Source: Eledone cirrhosa
Lineage: Eukaryota
Length of the DNA stretch: 64,000 bases
Assembly (NCBI GenBank): GCA_964016885.1
Contig: OZ024751.1
Coordinates: forward strand, 38,378,001 to 38,442,000
Direction of reading: 5' to 3'
Part shown: positions 15,702-30,455 of the stretch, piece after piece
Layout: each line of letters opens with the position of its first letter
How positions within the stretch are numbered: the stretch's first letter is position 1
Notes under the pieces: generated by a model
Told to the model about the DNA's origin: nothing
Seen by the model: only the letters and a program-made list of their open reading frames with translations
Databases searched by the model: none
Program-made: the position numbers and the translations under genes

Positions 15702-17175
15702 TTGTTATACTTTGGGAGGGTCATATTGTTGTAATAATATTGCCCGAATTAATAACAGAACACACTCACTGTTTGGTTGGTTTTCGCTTCTGTATCTTTT
15801 ATATCAGTTAATTTATTCGGTCCTCAATGTTTACCATTGACTGATCAACGGTAAAAAATACAGATATAATATAGACACAAACATATATATATAGTCTAAC
15901 AAAGTTCTTTCGTTGCACATCTGCAACATCGTCAGTGGTGCTATTATGTTTCTCCTGTTGTTTTGTATGTCTACGCCATCTTTATTAAATCTGTTTATTT
16001 ATTTATTTATTTATTTTTGTCTTCTTCTCTGCGCATGCGTTTGCGTGTGTGTATAGTGTTTGATGTGTGTTCGCGTTTGGGTGACTGTGTTTTGGTTATT
16101 GTATTCTATCTTAGTTTACTAATGTGTGTTTATATGTGTTTGTTGTTATTGTGCTTGTGTATATATTTATTTAATTATTTATTTATTCATTTATATTTCT
16201 CTTAGGTCAGTATTGTTTGGGTGTTGTTGTTATTCCATTCATTTTTTCTGTTTAGCTTTGACGTTCTAAGTTCTATTTCACTGGCCGCTCTGATTTGCCT
16301 ATCTGCTGGATCATTTCTATGTTTAGATATTATTTTAATTTCTATGTTGTCTATGTTACCGCCATGTTGTTGTCCGGCATGTTCGTATAGTTCTGAACCG
16401 TTTTTTCTTCCTTTTAGTTCCCCCCAGTGTTGCTCTATCCTTTCACCTATGCTACGAGCTGTCTGGCCTATGTATGTTGTTGTCATGTTTCTGCAAGTAC
16501 CCTCTTATGCTATATACTACTTATGCTATATACTACGTTTCTAGTTTTACAGTTTATCCGGGGGTTTACTTTACATATGATACATTTCCTGTTAGTACAG
16601 TGGGTTTTCTTAAAAGGGTATGTTTTGCTGATCTAGGGATTTTATGGCGGTTCCTGTCTTTTCTACCACCTTAATCTTTCGGTGGGTCTTTCTCATGGTC
16701 TTTCTACATTGGTTAGCTAATTTCCCTCCAGGGGTAGCGTCCACGAACATGACACTCTGGTATCTCTGGTTGTCGTACCATGAGGTGGCTTTCCCTATCT
16801 TATGTTTAGTCCTATCTAAGCTATTCCATGATTCGCTCCTGTATAATGGGCAAATTCTTTTCATGTCAAGTTTTATGAGGGTCTTATACTTCTCCGTGGC
16901 TCCTTCGTATACTCTGATTCTGTCTCTTTGGTTGTAGCCAGAGAACTGCATGCGGTTGATGAAGTGTTGGATGTGTGTTTCCATTTCTGTTGGGTCGCAC
17001 ATGCGGGACACGTTCTTCATCACTCGTACCAAGTCTGCGATCAGAATATTAAACTTAGCACTACTGGACATTGCTGAGTTTTTGAGTGTATCAGGTATTT
17101 GGAGGCCATGGGTTTAGCGTAGTATGAGTGGAGAATTTGGGCTCTCTCGTCTATAGTGTTAATCCAGAGTTCCGT
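15702..17175 (-). mobile_element. Penelope-like retroelement, 5'-truncated and disrupted (RT thumb, Cys linker, GIY-YIG endonuclease, 3' pLTR)
   Basis: ORF pieces YYAKPMASKYLIH, ILIADLVRVMKNVSRMC, CKTRNVVYSI, YIGQTARSIGERIEQH and LNRKNEW. The terminus ttgttatactttgggagggtcat is shared with the element at 56192. Has frameshifts and a 16-bp internal duplication (gtagtatatagcataa on the minus strand). Confidence 0.92.
15897..15940 (-). ncRNA. minimal type I hammerhead ribozyme in the PLE pLTR
   Basis: Minus strand cacca-CUGACGA-u-guugca(gaug)ugcaac-GAAA-g(aa)c-UU-ugu. Core intact, 6-bp stem II, imperfect stem I. Confidence 0.75.
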
Positions 17176-17295
17176 ATATATAAATATAGTTTAGTACTAC
17201 AACGACGCTATACCATGTACGCAAGTTTCGTGGATCGTATATATATATATACATATGTGTGTGTGTGTGTGTGTGTGTATGTGTGTTTGGGTATA

Positions 17296-17370
17296 TACGA
17301 GGGTAGGCTGATAAAGATACTCTCACGGAATGAACAAATGTGTTTTATTTTTCAACATAAACCGAGGAAG
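17296..17370 (+). mobile_element. possible mariner-type TIR end
   Basis: TA-CGAGGGTAGGCTGATAAAG resembles mariner termini (TACGAGGG...). No partner TIR or transposase found. Confidence 0.4.
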
Positions 17371-18103
17371 GAAACAATGCAGTTATTAATATGAAGACTG
17401 GAAAATACTGTATGCATGACTCCTTCATAGCCAGCCTACATACTATGCAGTCTAGACTATTATGTATTTGTGTTGGTGGCGCTGGTGGTGGTGGTGGTGG
17501 TGATGGGAGTGTGCGAGTTTGCGCACGCGTGTGTGTGTGTGTGTGTGCGTATATATATAAATATTATATATATGTTTCTAGTGCACTTTTGTCGCCTATA
17601 TCTGTAATAGCAACACGTGGTAGAAGCGACACGGCTTTTCCGGTGATTTGGGGAGTTGTGAGAACTCTAAAAATGTAGTCTGGATCGCATAGACAGTCAT
17701 TTGATATATCACTCTAACGATTCAACCAATTCGCCTCCTGAAAATAATCATATAAATCTTTACAACGTTCTGTTTTAACCCTACTGTTGGTAAAACCTGA
17801 TTTATTGTGGTGTATGTGGCGGCCATATTACTTATACATTCTTCACAGTATTCTAATGTATATCTGTGATTCGTTTTATCTCCTGAGAGTAGAACTAACA
17901 CTTATCCGTCTCTGATATAGAAAACATGAAATAGATATGACGATCTTCACAACGCTAATATTTATCTGTTTTCCTTTATCATTGCATTACGAAAGATTTC
18001 CTGAGTATAGAATGCATAATATAAACAAGACAGAAAAATAAAAACAAGAAATAGCTCGTATGTTGTACATTGATATCTACAAACATAACTCTGTATATTA
18101 GGG

Positions 18104-18205
<102 letters not shown>

Positions 18206-18429
18206 TGTGAAAGCAAAACAAATCTATCCTTTCAAGAATTACAAATGTTTATATGATCGAAGTTTATTTTTGATTAGTGTAGTACTGTGGATATACTAGG
18301 AAATATATTCCTTGGTATGAACATAGTGTACTGTATGTAAAATGTCTACAACTAAATCGAACAATCGTTCTCAGCTTGTGAAATTGAGACGAGTGGAATC
18401 ATCAATATTCTTACCAAACAACTTAATAA

Positions 18430-18718
18430 AAAATTATACAGGATGGCCCTCGGTCGGATTTGTTGATGCTTGCTCCAGTTGTTCAAATATCACATTCGTT
18501 TGCCCGTGCACTTAACGTCTAAGCGTCTGAGCATTGTAGATATATATGTGAGGTAATGTTCTCCCCTTGAATTTTATTGGCAGCAGACTTTCAGATAGTT
18601 TTCGGTTACCTAGTTTCACACCAAGCTTGTGTCAAAACGAGTAGGCTACCACACAGGGCGATTGAAACCGAGACCTTGTGATTGCAAACAATTTTTTTTA
18701 ACTTAGACTATGCTGCGT
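18430..18718 (-). mobile_element. degenerate SINE of a second family
   Basis: Antisense tRNA-like head (gattgaaaccgagaccttgtgattgcaa...ttaac), similar to the relics at 11060-11300, 36050-36125 and 61900-61995. Confidence 0.45.
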
Positions 18719-18726
18719 CCGAAATA

Positions 18727-18902
18727 TAATGATTTCTAGTATATGAACAATGATCTCAGTACATTACTGGTGCTTTATGTTATCGACTCTGAGAGGATGA
18801 AAGGCAAAGCTTACGCCTACAGGATTTGAACTCAGAATGTAGAGGGCACTGTATGTCTATAATCATGTTGTTCGACACACTACTGATTCTGCTAATCCAC
18901 CA
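18727..18902 (-). mobile_element. diverged tRNA-derived SINE
   Basis: cattactggtgc...tatcgac...aggatgaaaggcaaag...ggatttgaactcag...gattctgctaatccac. Confidence 0.75.
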
Positions 18903-19622
18903 ATATTTCATATTACATTGCACCCGCAATATAATATGAAATATCGTCAGATATTTGCCATAAAGTAGATATCAATATAACACAGATACTGCCACCTATG
19001 AGAAACCAACGAGGAATCTATTCAAACACTTTTTCATAGGAATGTTGCATGTATCGTTCTATCTCTGATCAAATTCAAATAACGTTTCTAGCATATAACC
19101 AATTTCTACGACTCATTTATTTTATTTATTCAACTAGCTTATACACGAAATAGATATTTCCAACACAGACTGAACCCAAACAGAGAATTCTAAGAATGAC
19201 TACATTTACTCTTTATTTCACTGTTGTTTTAATGTTGTGTATTCAGGGATTTACTATAGGAATCTAAAACCAGTGTATGTTAAACGCTTTAGATTTGATA
19301 TTCCGGGTATTATATTCGTAGCGTGCTTTATTGCGACAGTATTGTCTGTACAATGTAAACGATAGAATTTTTACAATCCACGGGAAATGGCCTCGTCAAA
19401 GTCTGCATCTCTCTGTTTGTATGTTATTCTCTGAAGTGAATAGAAATTTTCGACCACCAGTGCAGACGATAAATTGTGTTGGGATTTAAAGCAGAAACTA
19501 GGTAAACAACCAAATGAATGGAGATTATATATAAGCAGTTTTTACCAATTATAGAAAAATAATTGCTTGGTTTTATGTGGGCAATAGAGGAAAAAGGCAT
19601 ATAAAAACAATATATATATATG

Positions 19623-19709
<87 letters not shown>

Positions 19710-20896
19710 TTACGATTCTGCATGTATATTTAAACAGACATACACGCATACATACATAAACACACATAGTTTCACATACATATATATTTAATCTCACACA
19801 CTTATGCATGTATATATATGTGTATATGTATGTGCATAAATACACAACCCCATTGTGTATCTGTACTGATATATATATATTTATATATATAAGTGTGTGG
19901 TGTGTGTGTGTGTGTGTGTGTGTATGTGAGTATGTATATTAGTACATGCAAATATATATATCATAGTTCAATATAACTGATTACTCTCCATAACATCGCT
20001 GTTGTAGCAAACCTAAATATGAACACGTAGCATAGATTGGCATGTCAGCGCAGTCGTTACAAATTACCCAACAGAAATTAACAATCAACAATTAAAATAA
20101 CAACGATAACGACACTAATAATAAAACAAACATAACGATAAAACAAACAAAAAGCTTTCATTTGTTTTGCAAACAATAAAAGTCACGAAAAAGCTGAATA
20201 ATTATGAAAACCTAAATGTCATTTGTCAACATAATTTCTACTGAAATGGTTAATGGCTCTGCGAAATCAAATCTCGTTTGGAGCATAATATTATTATTAT
20301 ACACACATTTCCCCCTATCTAATGCAGTTAGTTTTGATACAAAAGATGTTATTTTGAATGTCAATAATCGTTTGTTGTTATTTCATATTCCAATTTTCAG
20401 CTTGACAGTATACTAACACGATTCAGCTTATAAATGGCTATGAACCAAATTCCGCCGTTAATAATAAAATCAAAGTTATTTTTTCTGTCTTAATTTGTTA
20501 AATGTAACTTGATGCTGACAGTGGTATCACAAGAAGTCATACATGTCTAGCAATATGAGTAAACGTAATGTTTATAAGAATCTTAATACCTATTTTGTTA
20601 TCATTCATGTGAATGAAAGAGACTGCCAATGTTTTAAAAAAATTGTTTAAAAAATATTCAGGAATTGTGAGATATTTTGTTATGTAACTACTTTTCACAT
20701 TACTATTGTGATGTTTGAAGAATAACCTAAACACTACTTACGTGGAATATAGTTGTCTATCGTCATAAGGAGGCATTCGAATTAGATACACATTTTCATC
20801 TAGTCTCATTGATCAAATTTCCAGTAAAACACACACAAGTAAGTTTATATATATATATATATATATATGATTCATTTTTCCATTACCATTACAAAG

Positions 20897-20981
20897 GGTC
20901 TGACGAGCTGCAGGTTACAGAGTCGGGTTAGATTGATACATATCGAATCTTGAGCTGATCAGTGGCGAAACGCGCGTCACC
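20897..20981 (+). ncRNA. type I hammerhead ribozyme with long stem II, in a probable PLE-end fragment (~20870-21130)
   Basis: ggu-CUGACGA-gcugc...(50-nt insert that can itself fold)...guggc-GAAA-cgcgcg-UC-acc. Stem III is palindromic (acgcgcgt) and the cleavage triplet is GUC. Confidence 0.8.
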
Positions 20982-21129
20982 AACGTAATGAAGACGTAAC
21001 CAATCGTCCTTGTTATTTAATTTCACTATAATACACTCTGTCTTGCTCCACACCTCGACACTGAAGTGAACCTAAACACCGAGTGCTCACTCGGGTGAAC
21101 CTACGGTAACTCCAAGTTACACTCCCTGG

Positions 21130-21230
<101 letters not shown>

Positions 21231-21555
21231 GGAACGAGTAGGACCCCGACGGCTAATTCTGGACTAAATGAAAATGTTTATCCTGGTATATGAATAGCCG
21301 AGCTTCTCAGGGGGTAATTCCATATATGGTAAAAGTGATTGTCACAAGGATTAGTCAAAATTTGTTGTTGAAACACATAAATCTATCATGGCAATTTGTG
21401 GAGGGAAGGGGTAGCTGAACCTGCCAGTAGAAGAAAGAGGGAGAGGGGTGGAGGAAACCCAGTCGTGCGTCGATAGTGGCAACTACAGCAGGGCAGGAGG
21501 TCAAGCAAGTATACTAGGGAGGGGGAGGGGGAGGAAGTCGAAACAATAAGTAAAA

Positions 21556-21605
<50 letters not shown>

Positions 21606-22695
21606 TAACAGATTAAACTTTAAGCAAAGAATTGCTGCCCATATTTTGGGTACTAGCGACTTATAGACTCCTTTATTAGTACAGTGTATTCTGTTACAAA
21701 ATATACGACAAAGTTTCTAATTTCACCACCGACTTCTAATCACGTGATGTTTACATATATTTAAATAATGACGAACATTGAATTCAATATGTATTTGTCC
21801 ACGCAATGTAATTTCACGCAAGTTTTGTGGTGTTGTTATCTTTCTAAATGGTCCCAAAACAGTGTATAACTACCATAGCAGACATTGTGACCCTAGATAG
21901 ATCAACAGAATCTTCAGTATGCGTCGAGACTGTGATCGTCCTGACCAAAGGCTGAATACAGTGGAGATTTGTACATGTTGCTAGTCTTGCACACCTCCTC
22001 CAACACACACATTCAGACACAGAAAAATATATCCATACGCACACATGAACACACACACATGTATATACACCAGCTCGACCAATTCTACCAACGAAAATGG
22101 AAACAATCTTCCTTGACAAGTTATATGAGTGAAGAGGCTTGAAGAAGGAATAAAAAAAAATATATATATATATATATACACATATATACATATAATTTCA
22201 CAATAGTGAAATATATTCTCGTACATATTATTGACACCATTATAAATCATCTCATGCGTTCATTCTTTGCTATTTGCGGTTTTATTCATACGTTTTCTAT
22301 ATATTTATTCTTTGTATGAAATGAAATGAACGAGTTGTGGTGTGTCGTATACGTGATGACTAGCAAGATGTATTATGGTTCTTCTCCTCGGCAATAGAAT
22401 CCTATGAAATATTTGGGATAATATTAGGTGAATCAGAACATGACACTGTACGATATTCATTAAATTCAACTAGGTATTATTAAACAGATAGCTGTAAATA
22501 GATTTGAGCACGATACAATGTATCACATGGCACTGTCATATCAAAATTATAGTCATACATTATATATAAGTTTATATCCCTATACACATATGAAAGGCAC
22601 ATGTACACCACGCTACATACAAACGTAGAGCTGCACATAAGAATATATATATATATGTATATATATATACATGTATATATATGTATATATGTAAA

Positions 22696-22750
<55 letters not shown>

Positions 22751-22843
22751 AGGTGGGAATCCCAAACGCAGAAAATACGTGTAAAACTAATCGGTTGCGA
22801 TGATTAAAAGCTTAAAAGTTCAAAATTCCATAGTGGCTACTGT

Positions 22844-23112
<269 letters not shown>

Positions 23113-23197
23113 AATAAACGGGCTGCGTGGTTGCGAATTGGTCTTTAAAGCGATGAAATACCAATGATGGTTGGAAGATCACTGATGAAGGACTAAC

Positions 23198-23249
<52 letters not shown>

Positions 23250-23712
23250 TATAGTTATATTTCACTCACTCCCTGCCAGTCCCTCCGTCTCTGATAGTCA
23301 CCCTCTCTGCTAGTCACACTCTCTGCTAGTCACCCTCTCTCCTCTAGCTCACTTCCTCCCTCGTCTGCAACTGTAAGCACTCTCTTCACTCGCTCACACG
23401 GCTACAGCGAGGACATGTCTTTTTTCTCTCGTCAAACTCGCCAGATCTTATGTTCGAAATGAGTTGTTGACTTGATACTTTTCCTATGTTTCATCTCTTG
23501 ACGTTGCTTCACCCTTTGTGTCTGTTTACACCCCCCTACCCCTATTTAATCCCAATAACTTATTTTAGTTATTGTTCTCCCTAGGCTGATGTATCGTGTC
23601 TCTCTAACCCGAAGAAACACCTATGATACCTAACATGGATATTACCCTCTTAGGCCCGTAACTTTTATTTTCATTATACTTACTGCAACCAACAGCTCGC
23701 CATTTTACTCAT
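23250..23712. repeat. unclassified interspersed repeat fragment with a 16-bp tandem unit (ctctgctagtcaccct)
   Basis: About 3 tandem units at 23289-23340. GC-richer island bounded by (TA)n on both sides. Confidence 0.5.
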
Positions 23713-23734
23713 ATATATATATATATATGTGTGT

Positions 23735-23810
<76 letters not shown>

Positions 23811-24146
23811 ATATATATATATATATATACATATATATACTTATGTATGTGTATAGGTGCCTAATGACATGGGGCCTGTCTGTGTAGAGAGTTCCATTTG
23901 TTTAGTCATAATACGACTGTGTCTGAATGGAAACTTTTCATTACGGGATCTTTCTTATATTCTTATTACCTACTAATATCTTTAGTTCGGAAGAATGAAA
24001 ACATGTAATGTTTGCAGACATGCACAAGAATATATCATATATCGAAAACAAGAACTGGTATGTGATTATATATATATATACATACATTTAGACATATTTA
24101 TATATAACCGAAGACATATAATATTCAGACGCGCACACAGATACTT

Positions 24147-24220
<74 letters not shown>

Positions 24221-24223
24221 AAG

Positions 24224-24333
<110 letters not shown>

Positions 24334-25731
24334 AGTGGTTACACAACAGTTAGTTCACCATATATATATATATATACATATATACTATGTGTGCTGTGTG
24401 TGTGATGGGTGAGAGAGAGAGTGAGATATACAGTCAGGTAATGCATGTAATATATACATATAGATGGTATGATTACGTTATATACATGCGTGCTTATTGT
24501 TCTGTGCACCTCTTTGTCTATGTTTGTCTATGTGTATATATACTTCACTATATTAGATTATAAAATAGAATAAATATGTTTTAATGTTCCTCACTAGAAT
24601 TCTGTTCTGAAATGCAAATCTGAAATGTTAATGCTCGTTTATTACTCACGTATTGATTCATAAAATTTTAATTCTATAATTCGTATTATGTATTATTTTC
24701 TCTTGTCTTGGCAATATCTGTTAAAATGATTCATGCTGCACTCTTAAAATTTGCATATTACATTTAGCAGCAAATCGGATTAATAGCAATAATAATATAT
24801 ACATAGAAAGGTTATATGCATATATTTTTCTTCTATAGAAAAATTTATTCATCACAAGACCTTAATATGTCTCTTAAGTAGCTAACATGGCGATAATAAT
24901 TAATAACTTATTATTTCCGATGATATAAGTTTGGATTTTATTATGGGAAATATATTAAAATCACGGAAAAGTATGAGACATATCGCATCAATTATAGTAG
25001 AAAACTTACATAAGCTTTTGTTTGTTTTTTTACATACAAGCATAAAACAAACAAACGAAATAAACCCAAGTGTTTTCCAACTTTATTTCATTAACTGAAT
25101 ATAGGAAAAGTACGACGATAATACCATCAAAATGGAACATGTAAAATATATTAATGCCTAAATTTAAATCATGTCTGCTTTTATTATGTTCTGATTCGTG
25201 TTTGGCAAATAGTTAAATAATATTTTAATTACATTTGACAATATATTTTAGTGTATACATGTAAGTATGTCTGCTCTGGTGCAGTCTTATATCTATATAT
25301 TTATACGAACAAATATAGTATAAAAGTTTATCATATGCATGGAAATGGTGAGGAATAAGCGCAACAATATACCACCACAACCAACACCACCACCAAAACC
25401 ACCACAGCTACCACCATGACAACACACCTCCACTACTAATACCACCACAGCTACCACCATCACAACCACAACTAAATATGTATCAATAACCCTAATGTTA
25501 TATTAACAATAAGATTAGAAAACTAATATTTATAATACTACTACTAATAAATATAGTTTTACTATTATTAATTCAGATAATAATCATGTTAGTAATGGTT
25601 GTGCTAGTGGTACATGTGTTGTTTGCTGCTGGATGTGGTGAGGATAACGATAGCTTTATTTGTGAGTAACGATGAAGATGTTGTTAATAATAATAATAAA
25701 AATATTAATAATAATAATAATAATAATAATA

Positions 25732-26386
25732 CAGGTGAAGGTGCTGTGGGATTTTAGGATACAGACGGACAAGAAACTGCAACACAATAGACCTGACCTG
25801 GTGGTTTTGGACAAGGAAAAAAGATCGTGCCTGATTGTGGATGTGACCTGCCCATTCGACACGAGAGTGCAAGAGAAGGAGAGGGAGAAAATTAACCGAT
25901 ACCAGGACTTAAATTGGGAGGTAAAAAGGGTTTGGAACTGCCATGAAGTCAAAGTGGTCCCGATTGTCATAGACGCACTAGGTACTATCTCAAAGAGTTT
26001 CCAGGGATGGTTAAAGAAAATTGGCCCCGCCACGCTTTTTGGAACGCTTCAAAAGGCATGCTTGCTGGGAACAGCAAGAACCCTCCGAAACGTCCTGAAT
26101 ATCTGAGGCTGCAGGTAGTGGCTTGATATTCATTTCAACAAATTTTCCAGTTAAATAACTGTTTCTACTTTAGGCACAAGGCCAGCAAATTACCCAGTGC
26201 ATTACTGGTACTTTATTTTATCGACCCCGTAAGGATGAAAGGCAAAGTCAACCTCGGCGGGATTTGAACTCACATCGTAAAGAGATGTAACTATGCTGGA
26301 AAACATGGCATCCGACCCTCTACCGATACTGCCAATCCACCGCCATTTTCCAGTTAAATAACATCAATGACTGTGACTCAAAGAAC
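25732..26386 (+). mobile_element. R4/Dong-type non-LTR retrotransposon 3' end (restriction-like endonuclease)
   Basis: KVLWDFRIQTDKKLQHNRPDLVVLDKEKRSCLIVDVTCPFD...EKINRYQDL...VVPIVIDALG, a PD-(D/E)xK RLE motif. Stop at 26104-26106. (TAA)n on both sides. Confidence 0.92.
26160..26344 (-). mobile_element. full-length tRNA-derived SINE nested in the R4 3' UTR, 18-bp TSD
   Basis: A-box tggcagtatcgg, B-box gagttcaaatccc. Direct repeat attttccagttaaataac at 26142-26159 and 26345-26362. Confidence 0.93.
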
Positions 26387-26448
<62 letters not shown>

Positions 26449-27899
26449 TGATGATGATGAAGACAATAATAATGATGATGATCATCATCATCATAGTAGA
26501 AACTGGATACATTTGTGGTGGGAATGATGATGAATATGATGAAGATATGTATAAATGGAAAGAGATGTTTATGAGCAATGTAATGTTGTTATCAACAATG
26601 GAAAGCAAAACACAAACAAACGATCTTTAAGACGATAAACACCGACACGAGTAGCAATCTGAATAGTACTAAAGATTACAATGATGGCGATGATTTATAA
26701 TAAGAATTATTAAAAAAATAGTCCTATGACTACTGATACTTATATTAATATTAGCTAAAATAAAAATGATTAAAATATTATGATGGTAATATTAATAACA
26801 ACGAATGTTAATAACAGGAATGAAAGCAATAAGAGAAACACCGAAAAATTAACAAAAAAACCTCGCAATTAATATCAAATGGTTATATTTTTTCTAAATC
26901 AATAAATGTAAGAATTAAGTTTAAGTCTTGTCTTTTCCAGCAATACTTTATATATATTATACATTCTCATGTGATCATGAACATAACAAAACTAATTGAT
27001 TATGTACTTATAAAACAACATGTTTCCTCATCTTTACTTTGTTGATTATTTTCGACATTAAAATCAAAGTACCACCTGTGTATATATAGTTCGATAATGA
27101 TAGTTATGGATGCATGAATTGACACTTCACAAACTCACAAACAGGTATAGATTATAACTTACGTTCTTTCATTGCATTGCTAAAATTAAAATGGCATATG
27201 CACGCTACAATGTAGCAATAAACATATATATATATGAGTGTGTGTATGTGTGTGTGTGGGGGGGGGGGGGGGGTGTATGTGTGTGTGTAAGTGTGTAAGT
27301 GTGTAAGTGTTTCGAGAGAGAAAGGTGTGTATGTAATTAATTATTATTAGTGACTGTTAACTCCTAGATTTTGCCAATAGTGTCTGTTTCTCAAAGCACA
27401 GAGGTAGGTAGGTGCCTATCTCTTTCTCTTACTCTATGTTTGTGTGTCTGTGTGTGTATGTGTGTGTGTGCGTGTCTGTCTGTATGTGTGTGTATGCATC
27501 CGTGTATGTGTGTGATTACTGGCATATTTATCAGAGAATGAAATATCATGGAAAGTAATGCTCATTCACCCAATATTTATTTATAATTTATATATCATAG
27601 GAAATATATTTCAATGACACTGATTTACATTTGTACGTATGAAATAGATATCTAGGTTTATAAACATATGGCACATTATATATAAAGAAAATACGTAAGT
27701 TTCGGGCGGAGGAGAAGTTACTTGCATATTGATAAATATATCAATATAACCTTGGAATTCTAACCTTCTTCTAGTTGGTTTGTTAGATTGGCACCAAGAA
27801 GAATTTAAACCAGCTACAATGTCAGTAGCATCGTGACATTGCATTCTTTTCGAAAAACATTGATCGAAAATAACTGATCGTTTTGTTAAGCGAAGACAA

Positions 27900-28372
27900 A
27901 TTTTCAAGGAGTTGGCACAATTTGGCTGTCTGACAAGCCATGCTAAGAATATTATGGTGAAGTTACGTCTCCCAAATAGCTATTAGGTTAGTTGTCCAAG
28001 CACGCTCAACTGTCCGTAATGAACATTGGCTAAATTACTGATAGCTGTAGGTCATTGCTGCCATCTGAAGTCAGCTACTGCTTAATGGCTGGAAACATCT
28101 TCCGACGGAATCCTGGCAGAAACACATTCTTCGGATGGCCGAAGATGAAAAGTTCCTTTAAACAGACTTATATTGACGTAAGCACTGCTAGGCGAAATCT
28201 AATGAGCTGGTTTGCTTTGCAATGCCATGGTCTAGTAAAGAATGACACAATATTGACAAAAGGCATTACGAAGTTGGCTGCTGTGTCACAAAGGTTGATC
28301 TCATTTACATTAAAAACCATGAATATGTATAAGAGGAAGCCACAAACTATGTCTTCATGCCAACGGACGCTG
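27900..28372 (+). mobile_element. highly degenerate RTE-like LINE C-terminal relic
   Basis: Weak similarity: LRILW*SYVS, KHAQL, LPSEVSY, MKSSFKQTYIDV..ARRNLMSW and terminal SCQRT, compared with the RTE LPK..FYG / SHQRT ends. Confidence 0.4.
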
Positions 28373-28708
28373 CATAACTATTTAAGAATATCGCATTTCA
28401 CTTATGGTTAATCAAAGCGCTTTGTTGACTAGACGAATTATAGAATTAAGGAAATTTCAAACTACATAGTTATAAATATTTCTTAAGAACTATTGAAATA
28501 TCGAAGAATGATTATAGCTACATAATTCATTAGACATACTGCATAATATTTGCATGAATTACTACCACATACTTGTCTTAAGATAGAGAAATAATTTCGT
28601 CATTCGTAATGCAAAATATCCGTTTGAACACTTAGTTATATTGAAATAAGTTTAGCATAAATTGTACTAATGTCTTTGTATATATATCTATATATCTATC
28701 TATCTATC

Positions 28709-28803
<95 letters not shown>

Positions 28804-28952
28804 ATATATATATATATTTATGGGCGTGTGTAGATGTATATAAATAATATATATGTGTGTGTGCGTGTGAGTGTTTGTGTATGTATATATAGAAACGTAA
28901 ATATATACACATATATATATTTATCAATTATACATATCAATGCCTTTCTCTC

Positions 28953-29068
<116 letters not shown>

Positions 29069-29470
29069 TTGATATGTAGAAATGCGTGAATATATGTGAG
29101 TGTGTGTATATGAGTATGTGTGTTTGTGTTTGTGTGTGTAACAAACGAGTAAAATCTAAATTATTCAATGTTTTTTGTTAATATGAAATTTTAGAATCTG
29201 TATAAATCTCCGCTGTTTAAATGTAATTGAATTGCATCAAGCTATATTTACATGTATATTTAATAATTTTAAATACCGTTTGAATATAATATGTTATAGA
29301 AGTATAAAAGAATATAATAGTAATATTTTAATTTATACTCTTCAAAATATATTTTTAATTTTAGAGAGTAACAAATAAGTTGGAAAACTCTTCTAGGAAT
29401 CGAGTTTAAGAATAGAATACAGAAAGTAAATAGTTAGATATTTCTCCCTCCCCTTCTTTATTATATATAT

Positions 29471-29577
<107 letters not shown>

Positions 29578-29755
29578 TTATACGTATTTTGTATATCTAG
29601 CGATATATATATATATATATATCGAATGTAGAAAAGAAACACACGAGTTGATATATATAAGAACAAATAGTAGTAGGTAAACATATTATTTCAGTAGAAA
29701 ATGTTGAAGGGATTTATTTCAGTGAGATATCAAAACATTAATTTATTTATATATA

Positions 29756-29890
29756 CAGTGGAACCATGGTTCACGGAGACCTCTCATTTAGTACAAATCG
29801 GTTCACGGACAATTTTCTGAACATAAAACCTCTCGATTGACGAAGGATATCACGAGTAACAAACACGCAAGCCCGGCTTGAGTCGCTCTT
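29756..29890 (+). mobile_element. Tc1/mariner (pogo/Tigger-like) terminal fragment
   Basis: TA-CAGTGGAACCATGGTTCACG resembles Tigger-type TIRs (CAGTGGAACCTCGG). Repeated subterminal ggttcacgga motifs. Confidence 0.55.
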
Positions 29891-30380
29891 GTTATAGTTC
29901 GATTTTTTATTAAACTGCCTTTTTACAAGCCATGAAGATGTACACTTTTGTTTGTAGATGCGGAAATAGGTTTTGCTGTGTTCTGTACCCCTTATGTGAA
30001 CGCATAACAAAACAAACAAGAGAAATGCTTCTGTCTTCTGTTATATACTCTGTCTGAGGACTTTACCTGATTTATAATATTTCATTTATAATTTTAGGTG
30101 TTATCATTGTTTTATATGTCATTCAGTTTATATAGTTAAGTTTCATACTTTTTCATATTTCTGCATATGTAAGTCAACAATATATATGTTTGCGACAGTC
30201 ACTGATGTTTTGCCTCGAAGCAGTCTCAGCTGATAGTTAGTTGCGCTTGAATTAAAGTGAAACCTATAAGTAGCTGCAAATCTTTATGTTATACAATAAA
30301 CATTTGCGACTCAAGAATTTCTAAATATATATCAGACAGTATTTTGTCAAATTCTTATATATGATATACTACTATTTCAG

Positions 30381-30455
<75 letters not shown>

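Noticed and set aside
19444-19501. KFSTTSADDKLCWDLK, a WD40-like peptide before ag|gtaaac
   Set aside because: Weak acceptor, wrong motif spacing, and no companion exons.
26160-26344. tRNA gene, given the A and B boxes
   Set aside because: No cloverleaf. It is multi-copy with a TSD and tail, so it is a SINE.
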